Source: Aulosira sp. ZfuVER01 (GTDB lineage Bacteria > Cyanobacteriota > Cyanobacteriia > Cyanobacteriales > Nostocaceae). Taken from it: a stretch of 34,516 nucleotides of DNA. Numbering within the stretch: position 1 is the stretch's first letter; each line of letters starts with the position of its first letter. The notes beneath the pieces are model-generated. The model saw only the letters and a program-made list of their open reading frames with translations, searched no databases and had not been told where the DNA came from. The stretch lies in the NCBI GenBank assembly GCA_034530615.2, contig JAVRCV020000035.1, forward strand, positions 1-34,516, given 5' to 3'. The position numbers were made by a program, and so were the translations under genes. Shown here one piece after another: positions 10,222-18,936 of this stretch.

Positions 10222-10529
10222 AATTTGATTTTGTCGAGTCTCTAAAAATCACTAGCGATCGCTGATGATTAACAACCCAGTTAGCAATATCGCGGAATAT
10301 CAGTAAAAAGTTGTCGCTGCTTAATCTAGGCGTGAAATTCCAACTCTTATTCTCTGTATTTGTTCGCCTTAGGAATGCTTTTGTTCTCTGTCACAACTGT
10401 TCGTACAGCGTTCTCTAAGAGTAGGCGCTTTCTTAAGACCATTAGCTCCAAACTGAAGACACAGGTTCTGGTTTGCGTCCTCTTTGGTCAGCGAGCGAGT
10501 GCAATGCTGTGATGTATTTTCTCTCAAAA

Positions 10530-10555
10530 TACTATAACTTGATTGATTTACCGTA
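10530..10555 (-). promoter_or_regulatory. Putative operator TAC-N20-GTA, copy 1
   Basis: Minus strand TACGGTAAATCAATCAAGTTATAGTA, upstream of the methyltransferase-monooxygenase operon. Confidence 0.75.
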
Positions 10556-10703
10556 TTTTGTTCTTAACAAAGCTTTTCACACTTACAAACAAAATGCAAG
10601 TCCTGCTTAACACAAGTTTGCCAAGAGATTTTTCATCAAAATCTATTTTAAGAGGGTTGTGTTTTTGCCTAAATTATGCAAATATCCAGAATTAAGAGTT
10701 AAC

Positions 10704-10729
10704 TACTAAAAACCGATAAAGTTTTAGGA
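10704..10729 (+). promoter_or_regulatory. Degenerate operator copy 2, upstream of porin
   Basis: TACTAAAAACCGATAAAGTTTTAGGA (TAC-N20-GGA) flanked by TTAAC...GTTAA. Confidence 0.45.
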
Positions 10730-10986
10730 GTTAATGACTGGCAGTCAATAATTAGGCTAATTCAAGTTCTTAAAAGAGCATTATGCTATGTTGCACCTCT
10801 GTTATCTTGTGCATAATCTTTTAATACGATTTAGCCGTTGCAAAAGCTGTTTGTCAAAAACCTCTATAAGGCAGTTTATCTGAGAAATATTTGTCTTCAA
10901 AACTAAGTGCGATCGGGACGTAAAAATCCTGTGGGGTGTTAGCAATTTCAAGATTTGTTGATTTTCAGTGCATAACTCGATAACCA

Positions 10987-12762
10987 ATGTTTAAAGTTTT
11001 GTGGAATTCAGGGCTAGTTAGTCCAGCCCTTTTTAATGTATTTTTTATCCTGTCTTCAGCCGCACTTGCTGAAGCATCGGACTTACCCAGGCTAAAATCA
11101 GGGATTGAGGAAATTTCCCCAATTATTACAACTCAGCCTAAATCGAATCAAACTGCCAACCCAGAAGTAACCGAAACGCCAGACTATTTACGATCCCCAG
11201 AAGGAAGTCTACTTTCCGAGGAGACTTTAACAGATGAAGATAACTCCCTAGATCAAGTTAATTCGGTTTCGCAATTATCTGATGTTCAGCCTACAGATTG
11301 GGCATTTCAAGCATTGCAATCTTTAGTGGAACGCTATGGTGCGATCGCGGGTTATAAAGATGGTACATTCAAAGGGAATCGCGCTCTTACGCGCTATGAA
11401 TTTGCGGCTGGCTTAAATACTGCTTTAGACCGAATCAATCAAATAATCGCCAGTTCTACAGCAGACTTAGTTAAAAAAGAAGACTTAGACACAATTAACA
11501 AGCTAAGAGAGGAATTTTCCACAGAATTAGCTGCACTACGAGGAAGAGTTGATGCAGCAGACGCAAAACTGGGAGTCATTGAAGCACAACAATTTTCGAC
11601 TACAGTTAAACTCACAGGTCGAGTCCAGATTGTCCTAGGTTCACTTCTAGCCGGTAATAATGTTCTCACTGGGAAGCCAGCACCCCGCGTAACCACACTC
11701 CAAGATTCAGTCTCCTTGCGATTGAATGCCAGCTTTACAGGTAAAGATTCACTAGGCATCTCAATGGGAGGTGGAAGTATTCAATCATTGGGACAAACAA
11801 GAGCTGGATTATTGGGTACTTTTGATGGCAGAACTGCTGATAACGCCAATGTTACAAGACCAGCCAATGATTGGTCTATTACTGGTCTGCGTTATCGGTT
11901 TCCATTAGGTTCAAATACCCAAGTCAACATTTACGCCTTATCTGATGGAGCTAATGAACTAGGTTTTACAGTACCAATTAATCCATACTTTGAAAGTACT
12001 CTAACAGGCGGTGCTAATGGGATTTCCCGATTCTCACGACGAGCTTTAGTCTATCAATATGGAGATACTGGTGGTGGAATAGCGGTACTCCACAAATTAA
12101 ATGACCAGTTTCAAATAGGATTAGCTTACAGCGCACCTAATGCTAATAACCCTGGACAGAATAATGGCTTCTTAGAAGGCAGATATTTAGCTTTAGGTCA
12201 GATACTATATACCAGTCCTAAGAAGAATTTTCGCGCGGCTCTAGCTTACGTCAATACTTACAGTCCACCAAACGCCCAAGGTCTAAGTGGTACCAACTTT
12301 GGGCCAGCCGCCGGCAGCAACTTGGTTAATAGCACCGTGGCTGGAACCGGAACGGTAGCTAATCTTTATGGTTTACAAGCTTTTTATCAATTTAGTCCCA
12401 GGTTTGCTATCAATGGTTGGGTAAGTTATGGTGCACACCGCTATTTAGGACGTGGCGATGGCAGCGCTATGGATTGGGCGGTAGGACTTGCTTTCCCAGA
12501 TCTTGGAAAGAAAGGAAGTTTAGGAGGATTGTTTGTGGGTATGTCACCAAAACTTACCCGTCTCAGCCAGGGTGTAAATTTAGGAGCGGGCTTAGGACAA
12601 GCAGACAAAGATACCTCCTTGCATATTGAAGGATTCTATCAATATAGAATCACCGATAAGATTGACATTACGCCGGGTTTTATCTGGGTGACTGCACCAG
12701 ATTCAAACGCCAACAACCCTGATAGCTTATTTGCATGGATTCGTACTGTCTATAGGTTTTAG
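10987..12762 (+). CDS. Cyanobacterial outer-membrane porin, SLH + OprB-type barrel (SomA/'iron uptake porin' family)
   Basis: SVSQLSDVQPTDWAFQALQSLVERYG SLH region, QFSTT.KL.G, HIEGFYQYRI.D.I.ITPG, C-terminal Phe. Confidence 0.93.
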   Translation: MFKVLWNSGLVSPALFNVFFILSSAALAEASDLPRLKSGIEEISPIITTQPKSNQTANPEVTETPDYLRSPEGSLLSEETLTDEDNSLDQVNSVSQLSDVQPTDWAFQALQSLVERYGAIAGYKDGTFKGNRALTRYEFAAGLNTALDRINQIIASSTADLVKKEDLDTINKLREEFSTELAALRGRVDAADAKLGVIEAQQFSTTVKLTGRVQIVLGSLLAGNNVLTGKPAPRVTTLQDSVSLRLNASFTGKDSLGISMGGGSIQSLGQTRAGLLGTFDGRTADNANVTRPANDWSITGLRYRFPLGSNTQVNIYALSDGANELGFTVPINPYFESTLTGGANGISRFSRRALVYQYGDTGGGIAVLHKLNDQFQIGLAYSAPNANNPGQNNGFLEGRYLALGQILYTSPKKNFRAALAYVNTYSPPNAQGLSGTNFGPAAGSNLVNSTVAGTGTVANLYGLQAFYQFSPRFAINGWVSYGAHRYLGRGDGSAMDWAVGLAFPDLGKKGSLGGLFVGMSPKLTRLSQGVNLGAGLGQADKDTSLHIEGFYQYRITDKIDITPGFIWVTAPDSNANNPDSLFAWIRTVYRF

Positions 12763-12811
12763 GGACGATCTCGATAGATATGGAGTGAGATTCTCTGTCG
12801 TTAACCTACCA

Positions 12812-12877
12812 GGTGTTGCTGAATGATAGGACGATTTCGCCCAATTTGAAACGAATTCCCCGCATTTATGCAACGCC
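12812..12877. repeat. Small element with terminal inverted repeats (MITE/REP-like)
   Basis: GGTGTTGC...GCAACGCC ends in the intergenic region after the porin. Confidence 0.45.
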
Positions 12878-13000
12878 ACGCACCATTATTTCAGGACTGA
12901 TAGTGCTTCATGGACTATCGTCCTAACGTGTCCTGCAAATTGGAAATTTTTTGAATAGCCTGCTTTTATCACCCAAGACTGCACTGCTTGACCTCCTGCC

Positions 13001-13086
13001 ACGCCACTTGCTACCCTGCGGGAAGCCGCTGGCATCTACAAGCCGGGAAACCCTTCCTGTGCAACTATCCTCCGCAACGCAGGGCT
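13001..13086. repeat. Nested small dispersed repeat
   Basis: ACGCCACTTGCTAC[CCTGCGGGAAGCCGCTGGCATCTAC]AAGCCGGGAAACCC...CAACGCAG; the insert is bounded by a CTAC direct repeat and its core recurs inverted at 30380-30392. Confidence 0.55.
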
Positions 13087-13141
13087 GCTTCTGCCTTATT
13101 TTCCACTTAGCTAAAGCTTCTTAAATCTCTATATTTAGGGG

Positions 13142-13169
13142 TTGATTTTTACCTAATTTCGTGTAAAAT
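13142..13169 (+). promoter_or_regulatory. Putative sigma70-type promoter for ssuCB
   Basis: TTGATT-16 nt-TAAAAT, 13 nt before operator copy 3. Confidence 0.45.
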
Positions 13170-13182
13170 CTTGATCGTAAAC

Positions 13183-13208
13183 TACGGTAAGTTGATCGAT
13201 TTACAGTA
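13183..13208 (+). promoter_or_regulatory. Putative operator copy 3 (best palindrome)
   Basis: TACGGTAAGTTGATCGATTTACAGTA, 150 nt upstream of ssuC. Confidence 0.8.
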
Positions 13209-13358
13209 TTTTATAGAAGAGTACGCCAAACAATGATGTAACTTCTTTAGTTTATTCCTATGTATACCCGCGTAAAACTAAGATAAATCTCACATATTGA
13301 GTCCTATTGGCGAAATTACCGTCAATGAGAACTTTATAAAACAACTAACGAGTACCTC

Positions 13359-14180
13359 ATGACTACTACTCTCAATAGAATCAACAGCAATATATTTCCG
13401 AAAGCGTTACTACAAAGCCAACTAATTCAGAAGATAGTTCCTTGGATTGTACCTTTTACAGTAGTGGTACTATGGGAAATTGCTTCAAGAACAGGTTTAC
13501 TTTCAACCAGAATTTTACCTGCGCCAAGTAGCGTGGTTTTTACAGCATTTAGATTAGCCTCTACAGGAGAACTTTTTCAACATATAGGGATTAGTGCTGG
13601 ACGTGCATTATCCGGTTTTATAGTTGGTGGTAGTATTGGTTTTGCCTTGGGATTACTTAATGGTTTTTCCCCAGTCGCCGAAAAATTATTAGATAGTTCC
13701 TTACAAATGCTCCGTACAATCCCCAATTTGGCATTGATTCCTCTAGTAATTTTATGGTTTGGGATTGGCGATCAAGCTAGATTATTTCTAGTATCAATGG
13801 GGGTATTTTTTCCCATATACCTCAATACATTTCATGGGATTCGCAGCGTAGATCCTGGATTAATTGAAATGGGAAGAGTGTATGGTTTAAAAACTACAGA
13901 GCTTTTGTGGCAAATCATCTTCCCTGGCGCATTATCTTCGATTTTAGTTGGTGTGCGTTTTTCTTTGGGAATTATGTGGCTCACACTAATTGTGGCAGAA
14001 ACAATTGCTGCCGATTCAGGACTAGGTTACATGGCAATGAATGCCCGTGAGTTTATGCAAACTGACGTGGTAGTTTTAAGCATTTTTATCTATGCTTTGT
14101 TGGGTAAATTAGCAGATGCTACCGCTAGGGCTTTAGAAGCCAAATGTCTGGCGTGGCATCCTAATTATCAAAGTGCTTGA
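13359..14180 (+). CDS. ssuC: Aliphatic sulfonate ABC transporter permease
   Basis: RILPAPS, QMLRTIPNLALIPLVILWFGIG, LTLIVAETIAADSGLGYMAMNAREFMQTDVVV match SsuC. Confidence 0.93.
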   Translation: MTTTLNRINSNIFPKALLQSQLIQKIVPWIVPFTVVVLWEIASRTGLLSTRILPAPSSVVFTAFRLASTGELFQHIGISAGRALSGFIVGGSIGFALGLLNGFSPVAEKLLDSSLQMLRTIPNLALIPLVILWFGIGDQARLFLVSMGVFFPIYLNTFHGIRSVDPGLIEMGRVYGLKTTELLWQIIFPGALSSILVGVRFSLGIMWLTLIVAETIAADSGLGYMAMNAREFMQTDVVVLSIFIYALLGKLADATARALEAKCLAWHPNYQSA

Positions 14181-14227
14181 AGAAGGTAGAAAAAAATAAT
14201 CTTTACTTGAACTAGGAGAATATCTTA

Positions 14228-14998
14228 ATGATTGCTACGGAAAGAGGTACACATCTCAATATTTTGGATCTGACTAAGGCTTTTAATGGTAACAATGTTT
14301 TGAAGTCAGTCAATTTAGAAATAGCACCAGGGGAATTTGTCGCCATTGTGGGACGTAGTGGTTGCGGTAAAAGCACTTTACTACGTCTTGTTTCTGGGTT
14401 GGATAGACCAACTGCGGGGGGAATATTACTAGATGGAGAACCACTACGTAAACTGAGCCGTTCTGTAAGGGTGATGTTTCAAGATCCCCGATTGCTTGCA
14501 TGGAAGCGAGTGATTCAGAATGTGGGCTTGGGTTTGCAAAACAATTGGCGTGAAAGAGCGCAGTGGGCACTGGAACAAGTGGGATTGAAGGATAGAGCCA
14601 ATGAGTGGCCATCTATACTTTCTGGTGGACAAAGACAACGGGTGTCTCTAGCCAGAGCATTAGTAAGCCAACCACGTTTATTGCTGCTTGATGAACCTCT
14701 GGGCGCTTTGGATGCTTTAACTCGCATAGATATGCAGGGATTGATTGAACGGTTATGGCAAGAACAGGGTTTTACTTCCCTGTTGGTAACTCATGATGTG
14801 GAAGAAGCTGTAGCGTTAGCAGACAGAGTAATTTTGATTGAAGAGGGTAGGATTGCTCTTGATGTACGTGTAGATCTTCCTCGTCCACGCGATCGCGCTA
14901 GTGAAGTCTTTGTTAATATCCGGGAAACTGTTCTTGAGCGCGTTATGCATCGTGAAGTTGCTCACTCCAGTCATCAGTTATTGGAATTACATCGTTGA
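14228..14998 (+). CDS. ssuB: Aliphatic sulfonate ABC transporter ATP-binding protein
   Basis: [58 protein letters not shown]; follows ssuC. Confidence 0.92.
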   Translation: MIATERGTHLNILDLTKAFNGNNVLKSVNLEIAPGEFVAIVGRSGCGKSTLLRLVSGLDRPTAGGILLDGEPLRKLSRSVRVMFQDPRLLAWKRVIQNVGLGLQNNWRERAQWALEQVGLKDRANEWPSILSGGQRQRVSLARALVSQPRLLLLDEPLGALDALTRIDMQGLIERLWQEQGFTSLLVTHDVEEAVALADRVILIEEGRIALDVRVDLPRPRDRASEVFVNIRETVLERVMHREVAHSSHQLLELHR

Positions 14999-15062
14999 TT
15001 CTCGTCACAAACCCGCTTCTATCAGCCAAGTCAGAGAAAATCAAAAAGAATTATATTGGTGC

Positions 15063-15116
15063 GAAGTGCGATCGCAGGTAGGATCAATGTCAGAGTATGA
15101 TTTGCGATCGCACTTC
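15063..15116. terminator. Perfect 14-bp inverted repeat built on two HIP1 sites between convergent genes
   Basis: GAAGTGCGATCGCA (15063-15076) ... TGCGATCGCACTTC (15103-15116). Confidence 0.45.
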
Positions 15117-15150
15117 CTCTTTTAGGGATTAAACAACTAATTGCTCAAGA

Positions 15151-15438
15151 TTAAGAATTAAAAAGTTCAGTAAATGAAACTAAATTTTCTTGAATTGCCC
15201 TAGCTAAATAATTTTTGATCGCATCAATAGTTTCTAAAGTAAAATTACCTCCCATGATGGCAAAAGACAAGCTAGCTACACCGATAAATAAGGCTAATAA
15301 TCTGCCGAAACAACCTGGATTAATTTCAATAAATCCTAGTTTTGACTGTCCTAAAACAGCAATGAAAATAAACACAATACCTAATATTAAAAGGATATTT
15401 GTCGAAGGTAAATTAGTCATAATAAATAATTGAGTCAA
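15151..15438 (-). CDS. Small hypothetical membrane protein (2 TM)
   Basis: Two hydrophobic stretches; start may be the ATG at 15420. Confidence 0.6.
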   Translation of the reverse strand: MTQLFIMTNLPSTNILLILGIVFIFIAVLGQSKLGFIEINPGCFGRLLALFIGVASLSFAIMGGNFTLETIDAIKNYLARAIQENLVSFTELFNS

Positions 15439-15480
15439 ATATTATTAATCCAAGTATTTTTATTATAGCAAATATACCAG

Positions 15481-15586
15481 GCGATTAGAAATCGCGGCTA
15501 TACAAACGAAGTCCGCCTACGCGGACTCTAAGAATTTGAAACCCACGGAGGTGGGTTTTGTCTGTATAGCCGCGAATTCCATTCGC
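15481..15586. repeat. REP/REPIN-like inverted doublet
   Basis: Two ~47-nt arms in inverted orientation sharing TCGCGGCTATACA, each with two internal hairpins. Confidence 0.75.
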
Positions 15587-15644
15587 TAGAGCAAACGTGT
15601 TTTTACTGCCATCAAGTGGTATTAGAGGAAAAAACCCAACATCC

Positions 15645-16373
15645 TCAACTTTGAATACTACTATTATTAACGTAAGCATTTTCAGTTAATAACGGTACAC
15701 AATCGCTGATATTAAAAGCTGCGGCTAATTCAACATCAAATTCAAAATCTTTGGCAATTAATTCTTTTCCAGAACTGCATTGTTTTAAGTGTGTTAGTAA
15801 CGTTTTCTGACAAGCCTGAAATGCTGCTACAGCAGTTTCCGCTTCTGGAGATAAATTACCATCCAAGTAACTCAAGATTGCCCCAGCGCCAATTAAATCT
15901 TCAAAAGATGGGCGCAATGTACCATCTTCCCACTTTTCGCCAGCAGGAATTACTGCAATTTTAGATCCATATTTTTGAGCGAATTTTGCAACTGCTTCAC
16001 AGTTTCGCAAGCAACCAGCGATAGTAGGAGTTTTACCTGTCAACAATGTTAGAGAGGAACCATTTGGAGATGGTACAACCAGCTTAGTTCCCGCCGAAAT
16101 TTTACTTAGAGATGCTGGAGAAAGTGAATAACCATCTTGAGACAAACGACTTTTGCATAATTCTGCTTGTACAGAGTTGGCATAATCTAGTGCAGAATCA
16201 TCCCGCCATTGATATGGGTAAATAATTGCACCATTATTTGTCGCAATCTCTGTTGCAGTCGAGAAAGATAAAACATCGACTATAACAACAACATCACTAA
16301 TTGGTGCAAGTTGAGAAACACCTTTTGCACCCCATTCACAGCGTAGATTAAATTCTGCTTGGTCATAAATCAT
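15645..16373 (-). CDS. 2-phosphosulfolactate phosphatase family protein (ComB-like)
   Basis: VVIVDVLSFST, SLSP, SPNGS, GCLRN, IPAGE, EDLIGAGAI. Confidence 0.85.
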   Translation of the reverse strand: MIYDQAEFNLRCEWGAKGVSQLAPISDVVVIVDVLSFSTATEIATNNGAIIYPYQWRDDSALDYANSVQAELCKSRLSQDGYSLSPASLSKISAGTKLVVPSPNGSSLTLLTGKTPTIAGCLRNCEAVAKFAQKYGSKIAVIPAGEKWEDGTLRPSFEDLIGAGAILSYLDGNLSPEAETAVAAFQACQKTLLTHLKQCSSGKELIAKDFEFDVELAAAFNISDCVPLLTENAYVNNSSIQS

Positions 16374-16377
16374 ATCT

Positions 16378-17697
16378 TCAGTTTTTGTTTGGCTGAGGAA
16401 TTAAACCCATTTCTACATATATTGGAGATACTATCTTTCTTATTTCTGGCAGTTTTTTTATAAAAGCGAAAGCGCCTATTAAACAAAAGATACCGCCAAA
16501 TAATAAAGCATTATTCACTCCTAGCTGACTAGCCAATCCTCCAAAAAATAAATTACCAAATGGTAATATTCCTAAAAAGCCTGTTGTAAATATACTTGTC
16601 ACTCTACCTCGTTTATTTTCATCTACAAGAATTAATTGGACAAAATTACTAATAGCTGCCAAAGTAAGAGTATTCGTCATCCCGACAATAAAAATTAATA
16701 CTAGACAAATCTCTAGATTATGAGCGCGAGAAAAAAGTATTAAACCTAAGCCGAGAATTGAAGCAGAATACGCTATGAGTTTTACTAATCCTGTGACTTC
16801 TTCCCTCAACATCAGATAAAGTCCAGCAATTATAGAACCAAACGCGGAGGCTGTCATTAAAAAGCCCAGAGTTTCGGCATTACCATTTAAGATTTCTCCT
16901 ACAAAAATAGGTATGAGATTTACATGGGTCATTACCATAAAACAAATCAAAATTTGTAAATATAATACATACCTGATGGGGATAAAATCATATGCAAAAC
17001 CAAAACCTTCTTTTAAATTTTGCAATATGTTTGTTTTTTGTAGTGATGATTTATTCGGAACAGGTCTAAATTGAGTAGTTAATATTGCAGAAACAAAGGG
17101 TACATAACTGATGCTATCTACCAAAAAACATGAAGCTGCCCCAAATCTAGCAAGTAGTACGCCTCCAATCATGGGGCTGACAAACTTAGCTGTATTAATT
17201 AAGAATGAGTGAATAGCAATAGCACTATAAGTATCTGCTTTATTCTCCACAAGTCTAGGAACACTTACTAGACGTGCTGGCAGATCGAAAGCTTTGACAG
17301 TGCCTTGCATAATACCGATGATAATAATCCAAGTAACTGTGATGCGATCGTTAATAGTAAGAAAGGTAAGAGTACCAGATAAAAAAATAGATACTAACTG
17401 AGTAGTTAGTAATACGTAACGTATATTCCAGCGATCGAGTAATACACCGACCAATGGTGTAATAATCAACCCCATAAATTGATTGGTAAATCCGACTACA
17501 CCAACTAGCATGGCTGAATTAGTGATTTGATAAACCATCCATACTAGGGCGATTTGAGTCATCCAAGAACCAAAAAAAGATACGCTCTCTCCAATCACAA
17601 AACAACAAACATTGGGAGATTTAAGAGCAGGTGGAAGATGCAAAGAAGTAAACAAGAGGTTGCTTGCTTCAGAGCTTTTTTTATGACTTGGTTGCAT
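16378..17697 (-). CDS. MFS transporter
   Basis: ~12 hydrophobic segments, SFFGSWMTQIALVWMVY, GVLLDRWN motif A, KRGRVTS. Confidence 0.9.
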   Translation of the reverse strand: MQPSHKKSSEASNLLFTSLHLPPALKSPNVCCFVIGESVSFFGSWMTQIALVWMVYQITNSAMLVGVVGFTNQFMGLIITPLVGVLLDRWNIRYVLLTTQLVSIFLSGTLTFLTINDRITVTWIIIIGIMQGTVKAFDLPARLVSVPRLVENKADTYSAIAIHSFLINTAKFVSPMIGGVLLARFGAASCFLVDSISYVPFVSAILTTQFRPVPNKSSLQKTNILQNLKEGFGFAYDFIPIRYVLYLQILICFMVMTHVNLIPIFVGEILNGNAETLGFLMTASAFGSIIAGLYLMLREEVTGLVKLIAYSASILGLGLILFSRAHNLEICLVLIFIVGMTNTLTLAAISNFVQLILVDENKRGRVTSIFTTGFLGILPFGNLFFGGLASQLGVNNALLFGGIFCLIGAFAFIKKLPEIRKIVSPIYVEMGLIPQPNKN

Positions 17698-17966
17698 CAG
17701 TATTTTATGTGAAGGGACTTGAGCTAACTTTGGAACAAAAAGTTCACAGATTTTGCTACTTTCCCAGCAAATTATTGAAACAGTATTAGAAAGACTTAAA
17801 TTTAGATGAACATAAAGTTAGCATACTTAACATAGTCTGACAAGGATACCAAGGTTATAGATTTGGGGCTTTGTTCAGAATGCACCTTATAAACCGGGGT
17901 TTGGGAAGGTGCGTTAGCGCAGCTTAACGAAGTTATCGCTCTCCAACAATTCACAAGTAATTATTT

Positions 17967-18644
17967 ATGACAATCAAAGCAGTTCTGTTTGATTTAGATG
18001 GTACTCTCCTAGATCGCGAGACTTCACTCCAGCAATTTATTGCGGCTCAATACGATCGCTTTACCCCAGCACTGGAAAGCATTCCTAAACAAGACTATAT
18101 TTCTAGATTCATTGAACTGGATTGTCGCGGTTACGTGTGGAAGGATAAAGTCTACCAAAGCTTACTGTCTGAGTTTTGCTGTGAAAAGCTGAGTTGGCAA
18201 GAGTTACTCCAAGATTATGAAAATCAATTTATATATTCCTGTGTTCCCTTTCCTCACCTGCAAACCACTCTGGAAACCCTGAAGACAGCAGGATATTTGT
18301 TAGGGATCATTACCAATGGTCGTGAAACCTTTCAGCAGCGAACAATTCAAGGATTAAAGATTGAAAATTATTTTGATGTTATCTTGATTTCTGAAACAGA
18401 GGGAGTGAGAAAACCAGAAGCAGAAATTTTCTCTAGGGCGCTGCAAAAGCTAGGAGTCCAAGCGCAAGAGAGTGTCTTTATCGGCGATCGCCCTACAGCT
18501 GATGTGTTGGGAGCCAAGAATATCGGCATGAAAGCAATCTGGAAACGCGATCGCTTTTGGCCAGAGCCAGTTGAAGCCGATGCAATTATTGATGATTTAA
18601 GTATCCTTCCTTCAATCATCCAGCACTTGCAACCATATATTTAG
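17967..18644 (+). CDS. HAD-superfamily hydrolase (subfamily IA)
   Basis: FDLDGTL, IITNG, KPEAEIF, FIGDRPTADVLGA. Confidence 0.9.
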   Translation: MTIKAVLFDLDGTLLDRETSLQQFIAAQYDRFTPALESIPKQDYISRFIELDCRGYVWKDKVYQSLLSEFCCEKLSWQELLQDYENQFIYSCVPFPHLQTTLETLKTAGYLLGIITNGRETFQQRTIQGLKIENYFDVILISETEGVRKPEAEIFSRALQKLGVQAQESVFIGDRPTADVLGAKNIGMKAIWKRDRFWPEPVEADAIIDDLSILPSIIQHLQPYI

Positions 18645-18745
18645 TTTATCTAAGTTTTAGATATTCTTAAATTTATAAATACATATATTTTGTTTGCTAA
18701 GTGCTTGTGCTGTAACTAGGGCTGTGTAATAATACTAAATTAATC

Positions 18746-18771
18746 TACGATAACTTGGTAGACAAATAGTA
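18746..18771 (+). promoter_or_regulatory. Putative operator copy 4
   Basis: TACGATAACTTGGTAGACAAATAGTA, just downstream of TTGTGC-17 nt-AATAAT (18705-18733). Confidence 0.7.
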
Positions 18772-18936
18772 TTTTTAGCAAAAGTACTGCATAGACAGAG
18801 CAATCAGTTGAGATTAGCAACGCGAATACAGTAATAACACTCTGGTTGATATCGGGTTTTGAGTCTTGATTTTTGCTTGGTCGTCGTTGACGACTTGTAA
18901 AAATCAACGAGTCATATTAGCTATGGAGACGTAATC

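Noticed and set aside
10802..10987. 61-aa minus-strand ORF upstream of the porin
   Set aside because: No family motif or clear RBS; lies in the porin leader; cannot be supported
15485..15679. 64-aa ORF downstream of the ComB-like gene
   Set aside because: Largely translates the REP-like repeat and overlaps the end of the upstream gene
16378..17697. AT-rich MFS gene as recent horizontal transfer
   Set aside because: Ile/Phe/Leu-rich membrane protein can explain the bias; contains HIP1; no flanking mobility signs
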